64,000 bases of DNA from Macrostomum lignano (lineage: Eukaryota): positions 558,001-622,000 of the forward strand of contig NIVC01000140.1 in NCBI GenBank assembly GCA_002269645.1. The letters run 5' to 3'. The notes beneath the pieces are model-generated. The model saw nothing but the letters and a program-made list of their open reading frames with translations, was not told where the DNA came from and did no database searches. Made by a program: the position numbers and the translations under genes. Within the stretch, counting starts at the first letter, position 1, and each line of letters opens with the position of its first letter. Shown here in pieces: positions 46,326 through 56,108 of this stretch.

Positions 46326-47127
46326 ATTCGTCAGCGCTCGCTCAGGCTCGGACAACCAGTACATTGTATAGTTTTAAATTCTGAATAATTTTTCCGGATA
46401 TTTTAACTTAAAAACAACAAAACAAATGGTTTGCTAAAAGAAGTATACTACGAGCATTAAATATTTTCTGCCAGAAGCAGAATGGAAATGTTTTTTTCTA
46501 TTTTTACGATATGTCGCTTTCTTGAATATTGATTTTTTCATCAGTTGCGATAAAAAATTAATACACAATTTAAATTAATTTAGTTGTCTTCTTCAAGGGC
46601 AGCCACAACTCGAGAAAAAGCAGAACTGGATTCTCAATGGTAAGCTGCTGGAAATTTCTGCTTTCCAAAAAATGCTGTGTCCAGAATTCTCTCGCTGTTC
46701 TTCCTCTCTGGAAAAGGATAAATTATTTTTCATTATCATAACTCCTATATATTCCAAATTCATTAAGTGTATTTATATTGCAACAAAAATAATTTGTGTC
46801 AGATATTTAAACGAGATAATAAATATAACATTATAAGAAATAGGAAATGGGTTGAGAAGCACCTTTTTCGAGTTTATGAATTGCAATCATATAGTTATAC
46901 AACGAGCGAATCGATTTTTCATATTCTAAACCATTCTTATTTGATTCTGCGTGCAGGATTGCTGATCTGGCACGCCCAAGCGTGCAGAATTGATGTTGTC
47001 TATGGCAAAATATCCTTTAGGTCTAATGCATCTTACGTGCAGGATTGCACTTTATTTTTAGACAACAAGAAAACAACGAGTGAAAATTGGTTAATATCAT
47101 TACTATTTTTTCGCTTGCGATCAGATG

Positions 47128-48097
47128 CTACTCAAATACAAATTCAATGACGTTGGTGTCACCATTGGCTCGAATCTTCAAATTCTTCCGATTTTCCGGA
47201 ATAACTCGCACACAGCGCACCGAGCCCGACGTAGGATCGTTGATAACGTCAACTAGGTCACTTGCCTCAGTGCCTACAACTTGAGGGTCGGCCGTAGTAG
47301 CCACCTCCACGGCAGCCGTTAGTTGATGGCTCATAGCACAGATCGCTTGCTCTCGTTTATTCCCTCGTCGAATGTAGCGCTCAACGGATGCACCTCGCTT
47401 GTGGCCAGTCACTTTAGCGATAGTTTCGACATTAAATCCAGCGTCGTGAAGTTCTGTGATTACAGTTGCACGCACACAATGCGCAGTGTATGGCTTGGAC
47501 AATCCGGCGGACGTAGAAATTTTCTTCATCAGAGGCCCAAGGGTGTTGACTCCTACTGCACTCTTGCTGTACGAGCTCGTACCACTTACCAGATGAACGA
47601 AAGTTAGCGTTTGGTCGCAGAAAGAAGTCCACTCCGTTCCATCCTTCAACTTCGGTGACCTTTTGCTTGTACAGTCTGAACGCCTCAACTGGGCATTTGG
47701 CAGAATCTCCCTTTGACACCATCAACGCTTGCTTGTTGTCAACCATGACGGCGACGCTGGTAGAACCATGTAGATTCTTTGAATCTCCCTGAACAAGCTC
47801 AATCGCGTAGAGTCCATTGGCGAGCCGCTTCTCACAAAACCGATCAAACCTCAAACCACGCAACCATTCACGGCCTCTATTCCCATAGTAATAAATGACG
47901 TTAAAGTATACTTCCTCTTGAAGACGCACCGGATTCGACCGATCGAAGTATTTACCGAGCTTCTTCAGGTCGTCACTCTCAATAGCATCGTAGTGCTTCA
48001 CTCTTCCTCCAGATCGAAGGAAAGCGTTGCAAATGTTTTTATAGTGGCAACTAGCTTTCAATTGTAATCTCCTTTCGTTACCCCCTCCCCTCTTCAT
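47128..48097 (-). pseudogene. DUF3504/Crypton-type tyrosine recombinase, left copy, frameshifted
   Basis: Joining the two overlapping ORFs gives YYGNRGRE..SKN..CPV..FFLRP..KWY/VGVNTLG..YTAHCVRAT..VTGHK..VERY, with catalytic R, K, HxxR, H and Y present; 10-bp insertion within 47569-47582. Confidence 0.85.
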
Positions 48098-48537
48098 CTC
48101 CAGCGTGCAAGATTGATTTTGTCTATGGTTAAAATGTGGGGGCTTCGCCCCCACGCCCCCAGCGGGGGCTCTGCCCCCGCACCCCCGCTAGCAGCGGGTA
48201 ATGTCTATAGTAATATCAATTATAACCTCCTTTTTTGGGCAGAATTTAAAATGGAAGAATCAAATAAGAATGAGATTCATGCACGCCAACTCGTGCGTCT
48301 ATGGCAAAGAGCACTCGTGCGCTTCTCGTGCCATAGACGCACGAGTTGGCGTGCATGAATCTCATTCTTATTTGATTCTTCCATTTTAAATTCTGCCCAA
48401 AAAAGGAGGTTATAATTGATATTACTATAGACATTACCCGCTGCTAGCGGGGGTGCGGGGGCAGAGCCCCCGCTGGGGGCGTGGGGGCTTCGCCCCCACA
48501 TTTTAACCATAGACAAAATCAATCTTGCACGCTGGAG

Positions 48538-49507
48538 ATGAAGAGGGGAGGGGGTAACGAAAGGAGATTACAATTGAAAGCTAGTTGCCACTATAAAAAC
48601 ATTTGCAACGCTTTCCTTCGATCTGGAGGAAGAGTGAAGCACTACGATGCTATTGAGAGTGACGACCTGAAGAAGCTCGGTAAATACTTCGATCGGTCGA
48701 ATCCGGTGCGTCTTCAAGAGGAAGTATACTTTAACGTCATTTATTACTATGGGAATAGAGGCCGTGAATGGTTGCGTGGTTTGAGGTTTGATCGGTTTTG
48801 TGAGAAGCGGCTCGCCAATGGACTCTACGCGATTGAGCTTGTTCAGGGAGATTCAAAGAATCTACATGGTTCTACCAGCGTCGCCGTCATGGTTGACAAC
48901 AAGCAAGCGTTGATGGTGTCAAAGGGAGATTCTGCCAAATGCCCAGTTGAGGCGTTCAGACTGTACAAGCAAAAGGTCACCGAAGTTGAAGGATGGAACG
49001 GAGTGGACTTCTTTCTGCGACCAAACGCTAACTTTCGTTCATCTGGTAAGTGGTACGAGCTCGTACAGCAAGAGTGCAGTAGGAGTCAACACCCTTGGGC
49101 CTCTGATGAAGAAAATTTCTACGTCCGCCGGATTGTCCAAGCCATACACTGCGCATTGTGTGCGTGCAACTGTAATCACAGAACTTCACGACGCTGGATT
49201 TAATGTCGAAACTATCGCTAAAGTGACTGGCCACAAGCGAGGTGCATCCGTTGAGCGCTACATTCGACGAGGGAATAAACGAGAGCAAGCGATCTGTGCT
49301 ATGAGCCATCAACTAACGGCTGCCGTGGAGGTGGCTACTACGGCCGACCCTCAAGTTGTAGGCACTGAGGCAAGTGACCTAGTTGACGTTATCAACGATC
49401 CTACGTCGGGCTCGGTGCGCTGTGTGCGAGTTATTCCGGAAAATCGGAAGAATTTGAAGATTCGAGCCAATGGTGACACCAACGTCATTGAATTTGTATT
49501 TGAGTAG
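48538..49507 (+). pseudogene. DUF3504/Crypton-type tyrosine recombinase, right copy, frameshifted
   Basis: Mirror of the left copy with the same 10-bp insertion at 49057-49066; removing it gives an open frame of about 319 aa from ATG 48538. Confidence 0.85.
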
Positions 49508-49699
49508 CATCTGATCGCAAGCGAAAAAATAGTAATGATATTAACCAATTTTCACTCGTTGTTTTCTTGTTGTCTAAAAATAAAGTGCAATCCTGCACGT
49601 AAGATGCATTAGACCTAAAGGATATTTTGCCATAGACAACATCAATTCTGCACGCTTGGGCGTGCCAGATCAGCAATCCTGCACGCAGAATCAAATAAG

Positions 49700-49862
49700 A
49701 ATGATGTGATGCTGCATTAGTGAGGTGGGGTGAATGATGTGATGCTGCATTAGTGAGGTGGGGTGAATGATGTGATGCTGCATTAGTGAGGTGGGGTGAA
49801 TGATGTGATGCTGCATTAGTGAGGTGGGGTGAATGATGTGATGCTGCACTGCAGAGGTGAAG
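49700..49862. repeat. 33-bp minisatellite, about 5 copies, truncated by the palindrome
   Basis: Begins mid-unit at gaatg|atgtgatgctgc. Confidence 0.9.
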
Positions 49863-50519
49863 GCGCACCCGGTCAGCACTCACTCAATCTCGCACGCCCA
49901 GTGCATGATACTGTTTTAAATTCTAAATCATTTTCCGGATATTTTAACTCAATAAAACAAACGTTAATTTCACTGGAAGGAAATAAACGCTTGAATGCTA
50001 TTTGTTAAAGCATATTAGAAATATTTTCCATTTACCTTAACTATTGGGCCTAATTGAATATTCCCATTTTCTATCTGCTGCGATAATTCATTTTATACAA
50101 AATTTGAATTACTCCAGTCAGTGCTGCCAGTTCTCTTTCAGTTAAGCCACAACTTGAGAAAAAAATTGAAAGGATTCTCAATGGTAAGCTGCACGAATTT
50201 TCTGTTTTCCGAAATTTAGAAAAAATTAAACAGAATGAACTGGTTGATCTTCCTCTCTTGAACAGAATGAAATATTTTTTCATTATCATAATTTCTATAT
50301 CTTAAATTCACTAAGTACAAATATTTTATAATAAAGTTATCTATGTATCAGATGCTAAAATAGAATTAAAAGTACAAGAATACAAGAAATAATTAATGGG
50401 TTCAGAAGCACCTTTATAGAATTTATGAATTGAAATCATATCATTATACAATGAACCACATAAATGAGCACTACTTTATGTTCTACAAATTTTAAACACA
50501 CATTTTTAGCTACAATGTT

Positions 50520-52835
50520 GTGCATGTCAAGCTGAACTTTCCACCGCAACTGCAGGAGCGTCACGTGAGGTCGGTGCTCACCGGAGCTCTGCTGGACGTC
50601 TCCGGCTCCATGCAGCGCAGCTTCGACCGTCAGCAGGCAGCGGGCGCAGCCAGCTACGCATCGAAGAACAGGTGGGTCCGCTCCATCTTCCAGGTGGCCG
50701 ACCAGCTGGTCGAGCACGACGTGTCACCGACCAACCAGGTGTTCCTGGGCGGTGTGGGAGCTGAGTCACAGCCCACAGTGTTCGACATCTTGGCCTCACT
50801 GGAGGCTGGGCAGAGAAAAAAGCCAGAGCTGGAGAGGAAAAAGAAAGAACTGGAGAGGAGAAAGCAAGAGCTGGAAGATGAGGCCAGAAGAAAGAAGCAG
50901 GAGTATGAAGACCGAATAAAGAGGTTAGAATCTTCTTCAAAGCAATACATCATTGACCGAGCTCTCTCCATCCTTGAGTCCAGTGGAGCGCCGAGAGTTC
51001 GGAGTTGGGCCACAGCGAACATGGTGGACAGGAATATAAGAGACAAGCGAACTGCCTGCGTCATTCTGGACGCTCTGCAAACCGACTCGGAATTCAAACG
51101 AAAAGTTGTTGATGATTATCTGCCTGAGCAGTGCCGAAATTTTCACTGGGCGAGCGAAGCCGCGAGAGTCACTTCTGGATTTCTTGGTTCGTTTGTGGGG
51201 TCAGAAGACCCGTTGTTGGGGACGGACTCCGAAGTTAGAGCTGTTGTGAACAAATGTGAAAACTTCCTTAACGCCAAAAAGAAGCAGAAAGAAACAGAAG
51301 TAAAAGCAGAAGTAGAAGCAGAAGCAGAAGCTGAAAGAAGGAGAGCGGAGAATGAGTTGAGGGCATTGAGTCCTTTGACTCAGTTGACTCCTTTGTCCGT
51401 CTTTGCCCCAGATGAAGCTCAGAAAATCCTGCACTCCTGCAACGAAGACGCTGAGCTGACTGACGAGCGAATCACGGAGCTCCTGGACACCATCGAGCCC
51501 TTCATCTACGGAGGCACCCCGCTGATGGAGGCTCTCGAGACATCGAAAAATATTTTTTGTAGCGAGAAACGCAAAACTGAGTTCAAGCTGCTCTTCATCC
51601 TTTCTGATGGAGAGCCGGCGGACAGCAGCGGCAGCCGAGACACTGAGATGCGACAGAAACTGCACAATCTCGGGGTGACGGTCGTGTCCTGCTTCATCAC
51701 GGACACTGACATCTCTGACCCGCGACGGCTCTACAGCACACTCGACAGCGGCTGGGATCGACCTGCTGAATTTATGTTCCACATGGCCTCGACAGTCTCC
51801 ACCCAGAAGGTCCCCAGAACCCTGTTCATCCGAAAAGGCTGGACAATCGACACCGACAACAATGAGACCCGACTGTTCTTCCAGATCAATCACCCCGACC
51901 TCATCGATGAGGTCTGCGACATCGCCAAGAGCTGCGTGTGCTCGCAGGACGCGCTGTCGGACGTGCTGGCCGACGTGGACCTCGACCTGTACATCAACAG
52001 GGCCAACGAGGGCTTCGAGCCGCAGCGACAGTCGGAGCTCACCTGCTATGCAGTCGCGTCGGCGACCGTCATGCACCTGAGCATGCTCAGGGTTGTGGGT
52101 CGGGACGGCGGATATCCGGACTTCTTCCAGCTCAGAGACGAGATCGTCACTCAGTTCGGACAGCGCAGAGCCCGCACAGTCGAGGTGCTGCGGACAGTGT
52201 GCCCGGAGTACCGGCTGCAGTGCAAGGAGGTCGATGAGAGAGCCGCGCTGGACGCCGTCATCGCCAAGCGGCCAGTCGTGGCCACATTCGGCCTCACTAA
52301 GAGCGAGTGGGGCAGCTTCAAGCAGTTCTTCAAGCAGAATCCCGAAGGCATTCTCACTCAGTCCGACCTCACCGGTGGACTCGGAGCTCGGGGAGACTCT
52401 GAGCTGTTCGGACACGCGGTGGTGCTGATGAGCTTCGACAGACACAGCCTGAGGCTGATGAACTCGTGGGGCTCCGGCTGGGGCGACGGCGGCTTCTTCA
52501 GAGTGCAGAGCGCAGCCGTGCTCAGGATGAAGTTCATCGATGTGTTCTGGACCGAGGAGCAGCTGACTGAGGCCGAGAGAGCCGCCTTCAGAGAGCGCGG
52601 ACCGGGCGTCGCTGAAAAGCTGTTCGCCTCACTGAAGGGTCTGCAGACATGCATGTACAGGTGCCCGCTGTGCGGTGAGGAGTCTCTGGTGTCGGAGTTC
52701 TCGGGACACACGCTGGAGGCCAGGTGTCCCAAATGCAGGCGCAGCTTCGATGCGAACCTTGCGGGCAGCGACCTGGCGCTGAACCTGTACCTCACCTCGC
52801 TGCTGCACAAAGGGAATAAGAAGACACAGCAGTAG
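50520..52835 (+). CDS. Split-VWA + papain-like protease + Zn-ribbon protein, copy 3 (about 760-770 aa)
   Basis: All motifs intact. The ATGs used in copies 1 and 2 are out of frame here (5-bp indel), so the coding exon probably starts at the acceptor ctgcag|GAG at 50556. Confidence 0.85.
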   Translation: MHVKLNFPPQLQERHVRSVLTGALLDVSGSMQRSFDRQQAAGAASYASKNRWVRSIFQVADQLVEHDVSPTNQVFLGGVGAESQPTVFDILASLEAGQRKKPELERKKKELERRKQELEDEARRKKQEYEDRIKRLESSSKQYIIDRALSILESSGAPRVRSWATANMVDRNIRDKRTACVILDALQTDSEFKRKVVDDYLPEQCRNFHWASEAARVTSGFLGSFVGSEDPLLGTDSEVRAVVNKCENFLNAKKKQKETEVKAEVEAEAEAERRRAENELRALSPLTQLTPLSVFAPDEAQKILHSCNEDAELTDERITELLDTIEPFIYGGTPLMEALETSKNIFCSEKRKTEFKLLFILSDGEPADSSGSRDTEMRQKLHNLGVTVVSCFITDTDISDPRRLYSTLDSGWDRPAEFMFHMASTVSTQKVPRTLFIRKGWTIDTDNNETRLFFQINHPDLIDEVCDIAKSCVCSQDALSDVLADVDLDLYINRANEGFEPQRQSELTCYAVASATVMHLSMLRVVGRDGGYPDFFQLRDEIVTQFGQRRARTVEVLRTVCPEYRLQCKEVDERAALDAVIAKRPVVATFGLTKSEWGSFKQFFKQNPEGILTQSDLTGGLGARGDSELFGHAVVLMSFDRHSLRLMNSWGSGWGDGGFFRVQSAAVLRMKFIDVFWTEEQLTEAERAAFRERGPGVAEKLFASLKGLQTCMYRCPLCGEESLVSEFSGHTLEARCPKCRRSFDANLAGSDLALNLYLTSLLHKGNKKTQQ

Positions 52836-53632
52836 CGCAGTGGCATTTTATATTGAAAGCTTCCATTTGGAAAATCGCATCGGAGCTTTGAGCTGTGCCC
52901 AATTGTGACAAACTTTATTCAGTTTTGTGTCTACCATTTGGGGTCTAATAAGAGAAGCTGTCGGAGAGAGGACATCGAATTATCGATTGATTTGCATGCT
53001 GGCGATTGCACGATAACCAATCATTTTCCAGTAAATCACAATTATATTCACGTTTTTTATTCTAATATCAACCTGAATTGATTTAAAACTTGCGATTTTC
53101 TCCCACCGAGATGACTACTTTTGATACCTGTGATTGTAATTTTATAACTTTGCTAAAATTCAAACATTTCTCTTGATAATTTTCGCTTTCGAAATCTATT
53201 CCTGCCAGTTTAACAATAACAAATCATGAAATGCTTTGCCAATATGCAGCAGAGGCCGGAAGCTGAGATGGAAGTTCCACTCCTTGCTTCTGGCGAAAGG
53301 CTTTGATGCTGGCTGATAGCAAATCTTTATGACTGTTTCTTTAGAAAACCTGCGCCTATTTCTGCGCATCCAGCTGGCAATGGCTGGGTGGCTATCATAG
53401 CGATCTCAGTGCTGCAGAACCGCAGTGCTTTTACTGCCGTTGCAGTGTCTGAACGGAAAGTTTGCCTGATTTTCACACACTAATAAAATTCGTTCGATAT
53501 ACACTTGCTGCTCACTCTGTTAACAGTAGTCTCGTTGGGTCTTTTTTGTTGTCTCTTGTCTAAATGTAAAAGTGAGCATTCTGAGAACATGTTCATAGAT
53601 ATGGACATAGAGAAGCGGAACTTCCCTGGCTA

Positions 53633-53700
53633 CAGCCATGTTGTACAGCCATGTTGTACAGCCATGTTGTACTGCCATGTTGTACAGCCATGTTGTACTA
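53633..53700. repeat. 13-bp tandem repeat (cagccatgttgta), about 5 copies
   Basis: Directly visible repeat units. Confidence 0.85.
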
Positions 53701-53879
53701 CTGCGAGCCAATTAACGCAGATGCGAGAAGCGATTGCAGGGTAGAAAAGTCACAGAGGCTTGGAAGGCTGGTGCGCACATGCATTTATAGTTTAAAGATA
53801 ACTGGCATGATTTAACAAACATTCAAAACCACTGCGCAGCCTAGGCCGTAGGTGTATCGGTAGATGCAGGCCTACCGGT

Positions 53880-54095
53880 AGATAGCCAGCTGTCGCTTGA
53901 GCTCGGCGAAGGCAGAGTCGCACTCGCTCTTCCAGAGGAAGGCGGTGTCCTACAGCTCTCGCAGTGATATCGCTGTCTTTGCAAAGTCAGGGATGAAATG
54001 ACGCATTAATCCCCATTGCGCTGGGATGCGGATCACCTCTTTGACGGTCGAACTCCACCAGCTGAAATCCCGTAGGGCCCAGGAACTCGGCCTGG
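53880..54095 (-). mobile_element. Gypsy-type LTR retrotransposon RT thumb/connection fragment
   Basis: Minus frame reads GLMRHFIPDFAKTAISLREL(stop)DTAFLWKSECDSAFAELKRQL, typical of the Gypsy pol segment xxFIPxFAxIAxPL...FxWxxECxxAFxxLK. Confidence 0.65.
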
Positions 54096-55196
54096 CATTA
54101 CTCCTGGTGCACTGTCAGCCTCTTTTCGCTGAGTCCTTCTGAGTCCTCCTGAAGGACTCAGACCGCCTGAAGCTGCTTGCTGTGCTCATCCGAGTTGACA
54201 GCAGGTGTTCAAGGGTTAGCAGTAATGCAAAACATTTCATAACAAAAATAGAATAACATTAAAACTGAACCATTGGGTCACTGATTAATATGCTCCTGCC
54301 ATTGGGTGCTAAACTTCCATGTATACCCAGGACAAAGAGCATCTGGTAAATCTGGGGACTGTGCACGAAATTTTCACTGCAATCTACACCCACAATCTAC
54401 ACCCATCCACTTCTTTTGTAATTGTTATTTTTCAATATTCTCTGTACCTGAATATTCTACTAATAATCCAGCGCACTTTTGATAATAATAATAGCGGTAG
54501 CCATTCAGGCAGCTCTGGTAGGTGTTTTTGAAAGCCTACTTTAAGTAGTGCTAGAACGAATCAGTACCGAACCTTCAAATTGTGAAATATAGTTTGTTTT
54601 TTGGCCTTTTATCGTCGGCAACTTTAAGCTAGCTGAAAATTTGAACCTAAAATTTCGAATTGGCTGCTTACAGAGTGCAGTCTAACATAGCTCAAGGACG
54701 AATTAAGGAGTCCTTGAACAACAGAAAAGCATAGGAAATTCAGTCCCATACTTTGTGCGAATTTAGAAACAAAGAACTGTGCGGACTCTGCAGTTGTTCC
54801 TACTTGTTAGCTTTCCTGGAAAACTGTCTACTGGCTGATCTTCAGCTGTCTTCAGTCCAAACCGAAACACGGAACTAAATGAACAGTCATTTTTTGCTCT
54901 ACTGGTGCAGTGTCTCTGAGCGTCTCAAAAAGGGAACTTTGAATGTACATTTAAACCGGGAGGAACTCGAACAGTGGCAAAATAAGCTGAGCCAATGAGG
55001 GTAGCGCCAGTCATACGAGTAGCTGCACTTTGATCATCTTTTTTACATTCCCAATTAAGTCTGCTTCCTCTTGGTACCTGCTGGAAAACCATTGTCTCAG
55101 ATATACCTGTTTAAACTTCTGAGAAGACTTGCTAAGGCTATAGGTAGAGCTGTTTCCATAGAATACGGTGGACCACAAGCAGTAGACATCGGAGTC

Positions 55197-56108
55197 ATGG
55201 CTGAGAAGCTGGGAGAGATCGGCGACGTCCTGAGCGGCATCAGCAAGGCTGTCACGACGATGAAGTCGCTCCGAGACGATAGAACCGAGCTGTACAGAGT
55301 TATCGAGCAAACGAAGAAGCACGCCGGCGTGGTGGAGCAACTCGACCTGCCCAATGAGCCGCAGCTGAAGGAACTGAAGCTGCAGCTGGTAGAAGTGCGG
55401 AGCTCCGGATCCAAGCTGGAAGTCTGGCTCCAGAGCTTCGGGAAAGAAATCCAAGTGTTCGAGAGATTCGTAACAACAAAAATCAAGAGCAGCATCCCTC
55501 CAGAAGTAGTCAGAGAGTTCTGTGAGATGCTCATCTCTACTCATAGAATGGCGAGCGACTTCTCAGCCGCATTCGATGACTTCATCGGCCACTTGCTCAA
55601 AGCACAGAAAATCGCCACGCAACTCACTGATAAGCTGAAGCAGAAAGCGGATGAGCAGGAGAAGAAAGCGAACAGCACGAGAAACAGGGGAGCGGCAGCG
55701 ACTACCGGCCTGGCGATCGGAGCGATCGGTCTCGCGGCTCTCGGCTTCTTCACCGGCGGACTCGCCTGGATTGCCGCTGGCGCCGCTGCTGGTTGTGTGG
55801 TTGGGGCCGGTGTGGCGGCCAGGAAAACTGTGGTCGACGTGAAGGCGATGCGTGAGCTGGCCAGAGGCTTCAGAGACGACTCAAACCAACTGGAAGTCAT
55901 CGCCAAGCAGCTGGAGAGCAGCGGAGACAAAGCCGAAACCATCCAGCTGGACAAGAAGGCGATCGAAGCGCTGCAGACCGCACTGGAATTCTTTCGCAAA
56001 GACCTGGAGAAGGACGACCGCATCGCTCTGCAGCAGGAGCAGCTCGATGAGCAGAGGGCAGAGATCGCCGAGTTGAAGAACAAGATGAGGATTCAAGGCA
56101 TCAAATAG
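55197..56108 (+). CDS. Coiled-coil/hydrophobic-hairpin protein, copy C (303 aa), divergent paralog of copies A and B
   Basis: ATG in good context (gtcATGG); aligns with copy B along its length (EVWLQSF/EVWINSF, MASDFS/MACDFS, TIQLDKKAIEALQTALEFF/TIQVDEAAIKALRTALQFF); hairpin GLAIGAIGLAALGFFTGGLAWIAAGAAAGCVVGAGVAA; a single EKDDRIA unit. Confidence 0.85.
   Translation: MAEKLGEIGDVLSGISKAVTTMKSLRDDRTELYRVIEQTKKHAGVVEQLDLPNEPQLKELKLQLVEVRSSGSKLEVWLQSFGKEIQVFERFVTTKIKSSIPPEVVREFCEMLISTHRMASDFSAAFDDFIGHLLKAQKIATQLTDKLKQKADEQEKKANSTRNRGAAATTGLAIGAIGLAALGFFTGGLAWIAAGAAAGCVVGAGVAARKTVVDVKAMRELARGFRDDSNQLEVIAKQLESSGDKAETIQLDKKAIEALQTALEFFRKDLEKDDRIALQQEQLDEQRAEIAELKNKMRIQGIK

Larger units (their letters stand above)
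46932..49703. mobile_element. Palindromic head-to-head dimer of a Crypton-like tyrosine-recombinase unit
   Basis: Positions mirror about 48317.5 (x + x' = 96635); arms of 1375 bp with a 22-nt loop at 48307-48328. Each 1341-bp unit is bounded by the 17-bp inverted repeat CATTCTTATTTGATTCT (46932, 48256, 48363, 49687). Confidence 0.9.
27370..52835. repeat. Segmental duplication, unit 2
   Basis: Collinear with 2790-25900. It retains the VWA-C1A gene missing from unit 1, lacks the 16070-17303 insertion and carries the YR palindrome. Confidence 0.9.

Noticed and set aside
48307-48328. Palindrome loop as a sequencing hairpin adapter
   Set aside because: The loop does not resemble the SMRTbell adapter, shares the element's GCAC/GTGC motif, and the arms differ by a loop flip. 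An amplification chimera is still not excluded.
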